A stretch of 64,000 bases of DNA from Alphaproteobacteria bacterium (GCA_965225945.1 CBDDBZ010000037.1:288001-352000); one strand, 5' to 3'. Positions 30,589-41,433 are shown, numbered from the stretch's first letter. The notes: a model not told the origin generated them from the sequence alone. Translations and numbers: made by a program.

Positions 30589-32184
30589 GTAACTGCCCAG
30601 GTAGCTGATTTCGATGAGGCTGCGGATTGGGTCTCTGGGGGCAGATTTTGTGGGTTTGGGGCGCTGACGGCCTAGATTTCGTTTGACATAGGGTGGTTGG
30701 TCGATTCTAAGGATTCGATGGATAGGGATGTTCTTGCCTTTTTGTCGAAAGACGAGCTGATCGATGTGGTGCTGGCCCAAGGGTCGCGGCTCGCCGAGTT
30801 CGAACTCCGGCTTGGTGAACTCGAGCGCCGGCTTGGCCTGAACAGCACGAACAGCGGCAAGCCACCGTCGAGCGATGGATTGAACAAGCCACCGGCGGGT
30901 AAAAAGAAGCGCACCAGGAGCCTCCGTAAGAAATCGGCCCGCAAGCCGGGCGGGCAAAAGGGCCACAAGGGCGAGACCCTGCGCCAAGTCGCCGATCCCG
31001 ACGCCACCGTCGACCATTATCCCGAGACGTGCCAGTGGTGTGGTTCGGGATTGACGCCGGATATGGCTACCGGCCATGGGGCCCGCCAGGTTTTCGATCT
31101 ACCCGAGCCCCGGCCCCTGGTGGTCACGGAGCATCGGGCGCATCGCTGCCGTTGCGGGCATTGCGGCACGTACACTCGGGCTTCTTTTCCCGTCGCCATC
31201 ACCGGCCCGGTTCAATACGGCGCTCGGATCGGAGCCATGGTGGTCTACCTGTCGCACTACCAACTCCTGCCCGAGGACCGCCTGGCTGAATTGATGAAGG
31301 ATCTGTTCGGGGCGGAACTGTCTCCGGCGAGCCTCGCGCGGAGGGGCGGGAACAGCGCCGAGTCCGTCCAAGGCGTCGTCGATGTGATCCGCGAACTGGT
31401 GAAATCGGCGCCGGTCAAGCACATGGACGAGACCGGCTTGCGGATCGCCGGGCGGACCCAATGGTTGCACGTCGCCTCGACCGCGCGGTTGACCTTCTAT
31501 CGGGTCTCGGAGCGACGCGGCAGCCTGCTCGGCGGAGTCGGCGGCATCGTCGTCCATGACCACTGGAAGCCGTACTTTACGATGGAGGGCGTACGGCACG
31601 CGCTGTGCAACGCCCATCACCTGCGCGAGTTGCAAGCCCTGATCGAGATCGAGAAGGAGGGCTGGGCACGCAAGATGCAGAGACTATTGCGCCGCGCCTG
31701 CCACGCGGTAAATCTCGCCCGGGAGCGGGGCGTGGCGCTGAAACCAGGCCTCGTCGAGCGCTTCCGAGGGTGTTACGACGCGATCACGGCCGAGGGCATC
31801 GCCTTTCACGAGGCACAACCTCCTCTTGCGCCCAGATCGAGCAAGGCCAAGCGCCGGGGAAGCAAGCCGCGCCGCACCGGGCACAACCTTCTCCGGCGCC
31901 TTCAGACACACAAGGAAGACGCGCTGCGCTTCCTCATCAATTTCGCCGTGCCGTTCACCAACAATCAGGCCGAGCAGGACGGGCGCATGATGAAGGTCAA
32001 GCAGAAAATCTCCGGCGGCTTCCGCAGCCAGAAAGGCGCCGAAGACTTTGCCACCGTCCGCGGCTTCATCTCGACCGCCAGAAAACAGGGCTGGAACATC
32101 ATCCAGGCGCTCATGGAAAATCCCGAAACCCTGATCGAGCGTCTCCACGCCGCCTAAAAGGCCACCATGTACCTGGGCAGTTAC
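30589..32184 (+). mobile_element. IS66-family element (tnpC only, ISBst12-like)
   Basis: IR GTAACTGCCCAGGTA; 8-bp TSD GGTGAATG. Confidence 0.95.
30718..32157 (+). CDS. IS66 transposase TnpC
   Basis: NSGKPPSSD, GGQKGHKG, DETG, CNAHHLREL, FTNNQAEQD. Confidence 0.95.
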   Translation: MDRDVLAFLSKDELIDVVLAQGSRLAEFELRLGELERRLGLNSTNSGKPPSSDGLNKPPAGKKKRTRSLRKKSARKPGGQKGHKGETLRQVADPDATVDHYPETCQWCGSGLTPDMATGHGARQVFDLPEPRPLVVTEHRAHRCRCGHCGTYTRASFPVAITGPVQYGARIGAMVVYLSHYQLLPEDRLAELMKDLFGAELSPASLARRGGNSAESVQGVVDVIRELVKSAPVKHMDETGLRIAGRTQWLHVASTARLTFYRVSERRGSLLGGVGGIVVHDHWKPYFTMEGVRHALCNAHHLRELQALIEIEKEGWARKMQRLLRRACHAVNLARERGVALKPGLVERFRGCYDAITAEGIAFHEAQPPLAPRSSKAKRRGSKPRRTGHNLLRRLQTHKEDALRFLINFAVPFTNNQAEQDGRMMKVKQKISGGFRSQKGAEDFATVRGFISTARKQGWNIIQALMENPETLIERLHAA

Positions 32185-33254
32185 GGTGAATGAGGAATTG
32201 CGAGCGATAACGAAAAGGGAGCGGAAGCGCGACAGCGCAGTGATGACATCCTCCGCGATGCCGTCGGCGAAATATTCTTGCTCTGGATCGCCGGACATGT
32301 TCTCGAACGGCAGCACGGCGATCGAGGGCTTGTCGGGCAACGGCAACGGCGCATCGCCGGAGGTGGGAGTTGTGGCAGCCGAAACGACCGGCGACCAATG
32401 CCAGACCTGGACCGGCCGGGCAATGTTCTTCATTGCCTGAGCGCCGCCATCGGCGAATTCAACGCCGAGTTTTCCGAGCACCTCGGCGTGCACCTTCTCC
32501 GAGATACAGACGCCACCGGGTTCAGCGATCTCCTGCAATCGAGCGGCTACATTCACGCCGTCGCCGTAGATATCGTCGCCATCTACGATTACATCACCAA
32601 GGTTCACGCCTACCCGGTATTCAATCCGCTGGTCATCGCGCCCGTTTGTGTCGTATTCAGCGACCTTTGTCTGCACCGCAATAGCCCAATTGACGGCATC
32701 CATGACGCTCGGAAACTCGGCCAACAGTCCGTCCCCCATGAGCTTCACGACCCGTCCGCCGTGCTCGGCGATCTTCGGCGCGACCAGTTCCGCAAAACGG
32801 GCCTTGAGGCGAGCGTGGGTGCCAGCCTCGTCCGCGCCCATGAGACGCGAATAGCCGACCACATCGGCGGATACGATTGCTACCAGTCTGCGCTGAGTGA
32901 ACTCGGACATATCGAGAGTTTAGCCGCGGCGACGATGATCGGGAATAGGGCTGCCGACTGCGGCTCTTCAAATGCAGCCGCCAGCCCGGCTGTGACATAC
33001 ACATTAGTCGGATGGAATGTCGTGTTCTGGCTACAAGCCGACTCGACGCCGGCGGCCATGCATCGTCGGCTTTCACCAACTCCGGAAATCTCTTCTCGTT
33101 GCGTCGTGTGAAGATATTCGCGCTCAGGTAGGCGCTCACAAACGGTCGTTTTTGCCACGCTTGGTGCCCGTGGTGGAAAACTGCCGTTTTCGGGTCATCA
33201 AAAACCCCTGTCGAAAGTCTCGATACTTTGAAAGGTTTTTGGCGCGCCGATGGC

Positions 33255-33495
33255 ATGACTTCCGGGTTCGCTGGCGTCTCCACGGACGATCGGCACCTCG
33301 AGGCGCGGATCGATGCGGGCGCCGAGAAGATTTTCGAGGAGCCGATCACCGGCACGTCGAAGGCGCGCCGCAGTTCCCGAACCCCCGCGAGCGGCTCGGC
33401 GCGGATGGCGTGGTGATCGTCACCGAGTACGACCGGCACGCGGTCGCCGGAGGACCTCATGGAGATCCTCGACCCGGTCCGCGCCACGGTCGAGG
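33255..33495 (+). pseudogene. Degenerate serine resolvase fragment with an upstream res-like region (33135-33242)
   Basis: MTSGFAGVSTDDRHLEARIDAGAEKIFEEPITG and VVIVTEYDR resemble the GYARVSTxxQ...V.KLDRLAR pattern. Confidence 0.65.
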
Positions 33496-33573
33496 AATCC
33501 TTCGAGGTGATGGACTGGTTCAAGACCGAGATGCGGGCCCGGGTGGAGGGATAGAGCGTCGGCGCGATCGGGC

Positions 33574-33762
33574 TCAGAACATCGTCGTCACGCCGGCCAT
33601 CGCGAGGACGGCGGTGGAGAGCGACATGGTGGTCGCGACGAGAACGAAGAAACGTGTCGGGTCGACGGGCTTGATCAGGGCGGCGGCGAACATGGCGATA
33701 TCCTTTCGAGATCGTATTCCGCCGAACATCGTCTCTTGGTCCATTCGGCGAGCCATATTCAA
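33574..33762 (-). CDS. Small hypothetical membrane protein
   Basis: 62-aa ORF with a hydrophobic C-terminal helix. Confidence 0.35.
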   Translation of the reverse strand: MNMARRMDQETMFGGIRSRKDIAMFAAALIKPVDPTRFFVLVATTMSLSTAVLAMAGVTTMF

Positions 33763-33903
33763 CGTGTGATCGATCCTCGGTTGGTGTAGTGACGGCGGTC
33801 ACGTGCTCGGCGATATTTCTGCCCGCGTTGACGCCCCCGGAGCGCGGCGAACATACTTACCCTGGCGAATGCATCTCGGCGAAGGCGGGGGAGGGCTGGT
33901 GGC

Positions 33904-34713
33904 GTGGAGGACAATTCGGAACTCGGCTTGGAGGGCAAGGTGGCGATCGTGCTGGGCGGCGGCAGCCGTGCCGAGGGCATCGGCAACGGGCGCGCCGCCG
34001 CGATCCTGCTGGCCCGCGCCGGCGCCAAGGTGGTGGTGGTCGACGCCAAGATCGAAAACGCCGAGGCCACGGTGGCGATGATCGCCGCCGAGGGCGGTGA
34101 GGCGAGCGCAATTGCCGCCGATGCCACCTCCAGCGAGGACTGCCGGCGCATGGTGGCCACCGCGCTTGAACGCCATGGCCGGCTCGACGTGCTCGACAAC
34201 AACATCGGGATTTCCAGCCAGGGCTCCGTCGTCGAGGAGAGCGAGGAGGGCTGGAAGCACCTGATGGACGTCAACGTCACGGCCATGTTCCTCGCCGCCA
34301 AGCACGCGGTGCCGGCGATGATCGCGTCCGGCGAGGGCGGCTCGATCATCAACATCTCCTCGATCTCGGCGCTCAGGCCGCGCGGCCTGACGGCCTATAC
34401 CACCTCGAAGGGCGCGGTGATCGCGCTCACCCGGGCGATGGCGGTGGATCACGGGCCGGACGGCATCCGGGTCAACTGCGTCGCCCCCGGTCCGGTCTAC
34501 ACACCCATGGTGTATGGCCACGGCATGAGCGAGGAGACCCGCGATCGCCGTCGCGCCGCCTCCGTCCTGGGGCTGGAGGGCACCGGCTGGGACATCGGCA
34601 ACGCCGTGCTGTTCCTGGCCTCGGCCCGGGCCCGCTACATCACCGGCCAGACCCTGGTGGTCGACGGTGGCGCCACCCTGGTCGGCCCCCGCCGCGATCA
34701 CGACCGGCACTAG
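33904..34713 (+). CDS. SDR family NAD(P)-dependent oxidoreductase
   Basis: GKVAIVLGG..GIGNG, NISS, YTTSK, IRVNCVAPG, ITGQTLVVDGG. Confidence 0.95.
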   Translation: MEDNSELGLEGKVAIVLGGGSRAEGIGNGRAAAILLARAGAKVVVVDAKIENAEATVAMIAAEGGEASAIAADATSSEDCRRMVATALERHGRLDVLDNNIGISSQGSVVEESEEGWKHLMDVNVTAMFLAAKHAVPAMIASGEGGSIINISSISALRPRGLTAYTTSKGAVIALTRAMAVDHGPDGIRVNCVAPGPVYTPMVYGHGMSEETRDRRRAASVLGLEGTGWDIGNAVLFLASARARYITGQTLVVDGGATLVGPRRDHDRH

Positions 34714-34747
34714 TGACAGATCGTACCCACGAGAGAGGAAACCCGTC

Positions 34748-35308
34748 ATGGCCCGCGTTCCCTACAACGATCCCGACGACCTGCCGGAGGACCGGCGCGA
34801 TCTCTTGAGGCGCAACGTCAACCTGCTGCGCGCCATGACCCACAGCCTGGATTGCTGCCAGCACTTCAGCCGCTTCGCCCAGTGGGTCCGCTTCGAGAGC
34901 CGGCTCGATCCCCGGCTCCGCGAGCTGGCGATCCTGCAAGTCGGCTACCTCGCCCGCAGCCCCTACGAATACAGCCATCACCTCAAGATCTGCCTCGACT
35001 TCGGCGTCACCGAGGACGATATCCGCGATCTTGCCGCCTACAACGAGGGCCGAGAGAACGGCTTCGGCGAGCTCGAGAGGCTGGTGCTCCAGGGTGCCGC
35101 GGAGATGACCGAGGAGGGCGAGATGCGGGCCGCCACGTTCGAGGCGCTCGCCGGCCATTTCGATCATGAACGGATGATCGACCTGGTGGTGATCACCGGC
35201 ACCTATTGCGGCCTGGTCCGGATCCTCGCCTCGCTCGACATCGAGGTGGAGCCGGAATACCAGACCCATCTCGACAAGTTTCCGCTGCCGGGGGGCGGCG
35301 CGGCGTGA
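34748..35308 (+). CDS. Carboxymuconolactone decarboxylase/AhpD family protein
   Basis: LDPRLRELAILQVG...YEYSHH; GAGG RBS. Confidence 0.88.
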   Translation: MARVPYNDPDDLPEDRRDLLRRNVNLLRAMTHSLDCCQHFSRFAQWVRFESRLDPRLRELAILQVGYLARSPYEYSHHLKICLDFGVTEDDIRDLAAYNEGRENGFGELERLVLQGAAEMTEEGEMRAATFEALAGHFDHERMIDLVVITGTYCGLVRILASLDIEVEPEYQTHLDKFPLPGGGAA

Positions 35309-37377
35309 GCTGGCGCATCGGCGTCGATATCGGCGGCACCTTCACCGATGTCGCGCTGGTGAAAGAGACCGGCGGCGCCATTGCCATCGCCAAGGTCCCG
35401 ACCACGCCCCGCGATCTCAGCGAAGGCGTGATGGGGGCGCTCGAGACGGCGCTGGAACGCAATGGAATCGCGGCCGACGACGTCGGCTTCCTGAGCCACG
35501 CGACCACGGTGGTGACCAACGCGCTGCTGGAATTGAGCGGTGCCCGCACCGCGCTGATCTCGACCCGGGGCTTTCGCGATCTGTTGGAGTTGCGCCGCTC
35601 GGCCCGAAGCAATCTCTACGATCTGTTCCAGGACCCGCCCGACGTCCTGGTGCCGCGCCACCTGAGGTTGGAGGTCACCGAGCGCCTGGACGCCCAGGGC
35701 GAGGTGGTGATCCCGCTCGAGGAAGGCGAGATCGACGGTGTGATCGAGCAATTGCGTGCCGCGAAGGTCGAGGCGGTCGCGGTCTGCTTGCTCTTTTCCT
35801 TCCTCGACGACGCGCACGAACGGCGGCTGGCCGAACGGCTGCGCCACGGCCTGCCGGGGATCCCGGTCTTCGTCTCGAGCGAGGTCTTGCCGGAGATCCG
35901 CGAGTTCGAGCGGGCCAGCACCACCGCTGTCTGTGCCTATGTCGGGCCGATCCTGGCTTCCTACCTGGAGCGGATCGCCGACGCGATCGCCGAATTGGGC
36001 CTGCCGCCGATGCGCGTGATGGCGTCGAGCGGTGGCGTGTTGGAGGTCGCGGAGGTGCTGCGGATGCCGGCGATGGCGGTCGAGTCGGGCCCCGCCGCCG
36101 GCGTCGTCGCCGCGGCCGCGGTCGCCCGCCAGATGGGCGAGCCCAACCTGATCTCCTTCGACATGGGGGGGACGACGGCGAAGGCGAGCCTGATCGAGAA
36201 CGGCAGCGTCGAGACCACCTCGGAGTACGAGGTCGGCGGCGACGGCAGCGCCAACCGCTGGCTGCACGGCACCGGCCATCCGATCCGCGTGCCCGTCATC
36301 GATCTCGCCGAGGTCAGCGCCGGCGGTGGCTCCATCGCCTGGATCGATCCCGGCGGCGCCCTCAAGGTCGGGCCGAGGAGTGCGGGGGCCGAGCCGGGTC
36401 CGGTCTGCTACGGTGCCGGCGGGAGAGAGCCGACGGTCACCGACGCCGACCTGGTGTTGGGCTACCTCGATCCCGCTCATCTCCTGGGCGGCGACCTGGC
36501 CCTCGACATCGGGGCGGCGCGGGCGGCGATCGCCGAGAAGCTGGCCGAGCCCCTCGGCCTGACGGTCGAGGAGGCCGCGCTGGGCGTGGTCGACGTCGTC
36601 AACAACGCGATGGCGGAAGCGCTGCGCATCGTTTCCGTCGCCCGGGGCTTTGATGCGCGCGAATTTGCGCTGATCGCCTTCGGCGGCGCCGGCCCGGTGC
36701 ACGCGGCCGCCTTGGCGGGCGAGCTGGAGATCCCCCGCGTCATCGTGCCGCCCATCGCCGGCGGCTTCTCCGCCCTCGGCCTGGTCGTGACCGATCTCCG
36801 CCGCGACTACGCGCGGACCTTCTACACCACGCTTCGAGAGGCGGACCTCGACGCCCTCCAGCGGAGCTTCGCCGAATTAGAGGCCTCGGCCCGCGCCATG
36901 CTGGCCGCGACCACGGTGCCCAGGAAGCGCTGGCGGATCGAGCGCCACGCCGATCTCCGCTATCCCCGCCAGGCCTACGAACTGACGCTGCCGGTGGCGG
37001 CGGGCGAATTGTCGCGCGAGGTGCTGGCGGCGCTCGCGGCCGCCTTCCATGCCAAGCACAAGGCGACCTACGGACACGAGAGCCCCCACGAGGAGGTGCA
37101 CATGGTCAACATCCGGCTCACGGCACTTGGCGAGATCGACCCGATCGAGGTCGGCGCGCCCGGCGAGGGCGGCGCGGCCAGGGGCGTGCGCAAGGTCGTT
37201 TTTCCGGGCCCTTGCGAGACGACGGCGAGCGTGGTCGCGCGCGATCGGATGGCGCCGGGCGAGGAGGTGGCGGGGCCGGCGGTGTTGCAGGCCCTCGACT
37301 GCACGACGCTGGTGCCTCCCGGTTGGCGGGCGCGCGCCGACGAACGCGGCTTCGTCGTGATGGAGAGGACAATATGA
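35305..37377 (+). CDS. hyuA: Hydantoinase/oxoprolinase subunit A
   Basis: GVDIGGTFTD, HATTVVTNA, ESGPAAG, DMGGTT, GGAGPVHA; GTGA overlap. Confidence 0.92.
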   Translation: MSWRIGVDIGGTFTDVALVKETGGAIAIAKVPTTPRDLSEGVMGALETALERNGIAADDVGFLSHATTVVTNALLELSGARTALISTRGFRDLLELRRSARSNLYDLFQDPPDVLVPRHLRLEVTERLDAQGEVVIPLEEGEIDGVIEQLRAAKVEAVAVCLLFSFLDDAHERRLAERLRHGLPGIPVFVSSEVLPEIREFERASTTAVCAYVGPILASYLERIADAIAELGLPPMRVMASSGGVLEVAEVLRMPAMAVESGPAAGVVAAAAVARQMGEPNLISFDMGGTTAKASLIENGSVETTSEYEVGGDGSANRWLHGTGHPIRVPVIDLAEVSAGGGSIAWIDPGGALKVGPRSAGAEPGPVCYGAGGREPTVTDADLVLGYLDPAHLLGGDLALDIGAARAAIAEKLAEPLGLTVEEAALGVVDVVNNAMAEALRIVSVARGFDAREFALIAFGGAGPVHAAALAGELEIPRVIVPPIAGGFSALGLVVTDLRRDYARTFYTTLREADLDALQRSFAELEASARAMLAATTVPRKRWRIERHADLRYPRQAYELTLPVAAGELSREVLAALAAAFHAKHKATYGHESPHEEVHMVNIRLTALGEIDPIEVGAPGEGGAARGVRKVVFPGPCETTASVVARDRMAPGEEVAGPAVLQALDCTTLVPPGWRARADERGFVVMERTI

Positions 37378-39119
37378 CCGACGAGACGGCGAGGAGCGCG
37401 TTCCGGGCGAGCGTCGATCCGGCCACCTTCGAGGTGGTGAAGAACAGCCTCTATTCGGCGGCGGAGGAGATGAAGATCGTGCTGGCGAAGACTGCCTATT
37501 CGCCGCTGCTGAAGGTCGCGGGCGACTATTCCTGCGGCATTTTCGACGCCGCCGGCGAGATGGTGGCGCAGGGTCCGGACCTGCCGATCCACCTGGGCTC
37601 GATGCCGGATTCGGTGAAGGCGGTGCGCCAAGCCTGGCCGGAGCCCGGGCCGGGCGACGTATTCATTCACAACGATCCCTATTTCGGCGGCAGCCATCTG
37701 CCCGACGTGAACGTGGTGACGCCGGCTTTCGACGAGGCGGGCGAACTGCTGGGCTTCGCCTGCGTTCGCGCCCATTGGCCCGACATCGGAGGGGCCACGC
37801 CCGGCAGCTACGGCGCGGCCACCGACATATATGGCGAGGGGCTGCGCCTGCCACCGGTCCGCCTCTTCATCGCGGGCGAGATCAACCCGGACGTCGATGC
37901 GCTGATCTTCGCCAACGTGCGCACGCCCGAGGAGCGGCGCGGCGACCTTCGCGCCCAGGTCGCGGCCAACCGGCGCGGCGCCGAGCGGCTCTCGGTCCTG
38001 GCCCGAAAGCACGGCAGCGCCAGCTTGCGTCGGATCATGGCCGACATCATGGACTATTCCGAAGTGATGATGCGCCGCGCGATTGCGGAGCTCGCCGACG
38101 GCGAGGGCGCCTTCGAGGAGCTGATGGACGGCGACGGCGTCGCCGACGACGAGGACGGCAACGACGCGCCGATCCGGGTCAAGATTCGGGTGGTGAAGCG
38201 CGGGCCCGAGCTGCTGGTCGATTTCGCCGGCTCCGATCCCCAGAGCCCCGGGCCGATGAACGCGCCGCTGGCGGTCACCGCCTCGGGCGTCTTCACCTCG
38301 GTCAAGATGCTGGCCGATCCCGGCAACGTGATCCCGCCGAATTCCGGCTGCTGGCGTCCGATCACGGTTCTGGCGCCGCCCGGCTCGGTGATGCACGCGA
38401 CGCTGCCGGCCCCGGTGGTTTATGCCAACCACGAGGTCGGCCACCGGGCTGCCGACATGTTCTTCGCCGCCATGGCCCAGATCGCGCCGCAGAGCGTCAT
38501 GGCCTGCAGCCAGGGGACCTCGGCGATCCTGACCTTGGGCGGCATCGATTATCGCAACGGGCGAGCTTACGTCAGCTACGAGACGCTGAAGGGCGGTTTC
38601 GGCGCGCGGCCCACCAAGGACGGCATCAATGGGCTGGCGAGCGGCATCGCCAATACCATGAACACCCCCGTCGAGGTGTTGGAGATGAGCTTTCCCGTCC
38701 GGGTGGAGGCCTATGAGTTGATCCCGGATTCAGGGGGCGCGGGTCGTTGGCGGGGCGGCCTCGGCACCCGGCGCGTGACCCGCGTGCTGGGCTCGGATGC
38801 CAGCGCCAGCGTCTGCTGCGAGCGCACGCTCGCCGCGCCCTTCGGGCTCGAGGGCGGGCACGACGGGGCGCCGGCCGAGATCGTTCTGGTCGATCCCAAC
38901 GGAGGGCACTCGGCGCTCGCCAGCAAGGGGCCGTTCAAGGCCATCGCCGGCTCCAAGGTGATCTATAGCGCGCCCGGCTCCGGTGGCTGGGGCCCGCCGG
39001 GGATGCGGGATCGGGACGCGCTCCGCGCCGACCTCCGCGACGGCTACGTGACGCCGGCCGGCGCCCGTGCCGCCTATGGCGTCGATCCCGAGACGCTGGC
39101 GGGCGGCGTGGAAGACTGA
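37374..39119 (+). CDS. hyuB: Hydantoinase/oxoprolinase subunit B
   Basis: DYSC, PIHLGSM, NDPYFGGSHLPD, HWPDIGG, NTPVEVLE; ATGA overlap. Confidence 0.92.
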   Translation: MTDETARSAFRASVDPATFEVVKNSLYSAAEEMKIVLAKTAYSPLLKVAGDYSCGIFDAAGEMVAQGPDLPIHLGSMPDSVKAVRQAWPEPGPGDVFIHNDPYFGGSHLPDVNVVTPAFDEAGELLGFACVRAHWPDIGGATPGSYGAATDIYGEGLRLPPVRLFIAGEINPDVDALIFANVRTPEERRGDLRAQVAANRRGAERLSVLARKHGSASLRRIMADIMDYSEVMMRRAIAELADGEGAFEELMDGDGVADDEDGNDAPIRVKIRVVKRGPELLVDFAGSDPQSPGPMNAPLAVTASGVFTSVKMLADPGNVIPPNSGCWRPITVLAPPGSVMHATLPAPVVYANHEVGHRAADMFFAAMAQIAPQSVMACSQGTSAILTLGGIDYRNGRAYVSYETLKGGFGARPTKDGINGLASGIANTMNTPVEVLEMSFPVRVEAYELIPDSGGAGRWRGGLGTRRVTRVLGSDASASVCCERTLAAPFGLEGGHDGAPAEIVLVDPNGGHSALASKGPFKAIAGSKVIYSAPGSGGWGPPGMRDRDALRADLRDGYVTPAGARAAYGVDPETLAGGVED

Positions 39120-39144
39120 CCAAACGGCACGTCGGCCGGCTGTG

Positions 39145-39978
39145 TCAACCGGCACCCGCGCCGTCGAGGCCGAGGTGGGACAGGATCAAGCCGGCCTGGG
39201 CGCGGACCATGTCGTGGCCGCTCTGGGTGATGCAGCCGAGCCTCCGTGCCTGCGCCAGCATCGGCGAGACCTCGGGCGCGAGGATGACGTCGGCGAGCGC
39301 CGTTTCAGCCCGAAGGTCCGTGAGATCGAAGGGCAGGGGATCGCCCGCAGCCATGCCCAGCGGTGTTGCGTTCACCAGCACGTCGTAATCGCCGGCGCCG
39401 CTCGGCCCCTTGTCGAGCGCCAGGCCTGGGAACTCGCGCGCCAGATCGTCGACGAGCGCGGCCAGGCGTCCCTCGTCGCAATCGTGGAGCCGGAGGCTGG
39501 CGACGCCCGCGTCGGCGAGCGCGAAGGCGATCGCGCGGCCGACGCCGCCGGCGCCGAGTTGCGCGGCGCGCGCGCCCTCCAGCCGGACACCCCGGCTCTT
39601 CAGGCCCGAGACGCAGCCGATGCCGTCGGTGTGATGGCCCACCCAGCGCCCGTCGTCGTCGCGCCGGATCACGTTCGCCGCGCCGACCCGCCGCGCGATC
39701 GGCGACAATTCGTCGATTCTACGCGCCGCCTCGATCTTGTGCGGCATGGTGGCGATGAAACCGTCGAGGTTGCGGATCGTCCGCACGGCCTCGAACCAGC
39801 GCGCGAAGTCGCCATCGGCGACCTGCATCGGGATCAGCACGGCGGGGATGCCCGCCTCGCGGAACAGCGCGTTGAAGATGCCGGGGGAGCCCACCTGGAC
39901 AATCGGGTCGCCGACCACGGCATAGAGGCGGGTCGCGCCCGTGATGGCCAGCGGCAGTCCCAGTTCGCCTTCCGACAT
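39145..39978 (-). CDS. Shikimate dehydrogenase family protein
   Basis: VGDPIVQVGSP, TMPHK, GAANVI, TDG, GAGGVG, VNATPLGM. Confidence 0.88.
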   Translation of the reverse strand: MSEGELGLPLAITGATRLYAVVGDPIVQVGSPGIFNALFREAGIPAVLIPMQVADGDFARWFEAVRTIRNLDGFIATMPHKIEAARRIDELSPIARRVGAANVIRRDDDGRWVGHHTDGIGCVSGLKSRGVRLEGARAAQLGAGGVGRAIAFALADAGVASLRLHDCDEGRLAALVDDLAREFPGLALDKGPSGAGDYDVLVNATPLGMAAGDPLPFDLTDLRAETALADVILAPEVSPMLAQARRLGCITQSGHDMVRAQAGLILSHLGLDGAGAG

Positions 39979-40052
39979 CTCTCGATCCTCCCGGTTGCGC
40001 GGGCCGTTTAATATGTCGATAATCGCCGCCTTCGAGCAAGGGAGCCACACCG

Positions 40053-41426
40053 ATGAACATTCCGCTGAATTCGGCCCGCGCGCGCGACATCGCCAGCCAA
40101 GTTCATCCCCAGACCGACCTGGTCAAACACAGCCGAGAAGGCCCGCTGGTCATCGAATCCGGCGACGGGATTTACGTCCGCGACGACGACGGCAATGTCT
40201 ATATCGAGACGGTGTCGGGTCTGTGGTGCGCCTCCCTCGGTTTCGCCAACGAGCGCTTGGCCCGCGTCGCCTACGAGCAGATGCGTATCCTCGGCTTCTA
40301 TCATTCGTTCCGCAACAAGGCGAACCCGCCGAGCATCGATCTCGCCGAGGCGCTGCTGGCGCTGGCGCCGGTCGAGATGTCGAAGGTCGTCTTCCAGTGT
40401 TCCGGCTCGGAGGCGAACGACACCGCGATCAAGCTGGTCTGGTACTACCACAACGCCGTCGGCAAGCCGGAGAAGAAGAAGGTGATCGGGCGCCACAAGG
40501 GCTATCACGGCAGCACCATCGCCGCCGTCAGCCTCTCCGGCAAGCCGGACATGCACGCCGAATTCGACCTGCCGGTGAGCCCTCGTTTCCTCCATGTCGA
40601 CCCGCCGCACCACTATCGCTACGCCCAAGAGGGCGAGAGCGAGGACGCTTTCGCGACCCGCATGGCCGACGAGCTGGAGGCGCTGATCGTGGCGGAGGGG
40701 CCGGAGACCGTCGCCGCCTTCTTCGCCGAGCCGGTGATGGGCGCCGGCGGCGGCCTGGTGCCGCCCCGGACTTATTTCGACAAGGTGCAGGCCGTGCTCG
40801 CCCGCCATGAGGTGCTGTTCGTCGTCGACGAGGTGATCTGTGGCTTCGGGCGGACCGGCAACTGGTGGGGCAGCCAGACCTTCGACCTCAGGCCCGACAT
40901 CATCACCTGCGCCAAGGCGCTCTCGGGCGCCTTCCAGCCGATCTCGGCGATCCTGATCGGCGAGAAGATCTACCAGGCGATGCTGGAGGAGAGCCGCAAG
41001 GTCGGCATCTTCGCCCACGGCTTCACCTTCGCCGGCCACCCGGTGGCCGCCGCCGTGGCGCGGGAGACGCTCAGGATCTACCAGGAAGACGACATCATCG
41101 GCCACGTCCGCGCCGTGGCGCCGCGCTTCCAGGCCGCGATTCGAGCCCTCGCCAGCCATGACAATGTCGACGACGTGATGGGCGTCGGTCTGCTGGCGAG
41201 CCTGGAGTTGGTGGTCGACAAGGCGAGCAAGGCGCCGTTCCCGAAGGAGGCCGGGCTCGCCGACAGGATCGAGCAGGCGGCCTACCGCAACGGGCTGATC
41301 CTGCGCAACGTCGGCGACCGCCTCGCCTTCGCGCCCCCGCTCATCATCACCGAGGACCAGATCGACGATCTGGCGGCCCGCGTTGCCTGTGTCATCGACG
41401 AGGTGGCGGGCGAAATCCTCGGCTAG
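40053..41426 (+). CDS. Class III (omega) aminotransferase
   Basis: SGSEAND, GYHG, FFAEP, DEVICGFGRTG, AKALS, HGFTF. Confidence 0.95.
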   Translation: MNIPLNSARARDIASQVHPQTDLVKHSREGPLVIESGDGIYVRDDDGNVYIETVSGLWCASLGFANERLARVAYEQMRILGFYHSFRNKANPPSIDLAEALLALAPVEMSKVVFQCSGSEANDTAIKLVWYYHNAVGKPEKKKVIGRHKGYHGSTIAAVSLSGKPDMHAEFDLPVSPRFLHVDPPHHYRYAQEGESEDAFATRMADELEALIVAEGPETVAAFFAEPVMGAGGGLVPPRTYFDKVQAVLARHEVLFVVDEVICGFGRTGNWWGSQTFDLRPDIITCAKALSGAFQPISAILIGEKIYQAMLEESRKVGIFAHGFTFAGHPVAAAVARETLRIYQEDDIIGHVRAVAPRFQAAIRALASHDNVDDVMGVGLLASLELVVDKASKAPFPKEAGLADRIEQAAYRNGLILRNVGDRLAFAPPLIITEDQIDDLAARVACVIDEVAGEILG

Positions 41427-41433
41427 ACCGTCG
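41399..41433 (+). repeat. 35-bp direct repeat of the aminotransferase 3' end (second copy at 43365-43399)
   Basis: CGAGGTG(G/A)CGGGCGAAATCCTCGGCTAGACCGTCG, 34/35 identical. Confidence 0.92.

Larger units (their letters stand above)
29537..32910 (-). pseudogene. Adenylate cyclase/TolB-like/TPR protein interrupted by IS66
   Basis: ADVVGYSR, KLMGDG, NVAARLQ, PDKPSIAVLPF, ARNSSFT|YKGRAVD, TPR repeats; frame restored when the IS is removed. Confidence 0.92.
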
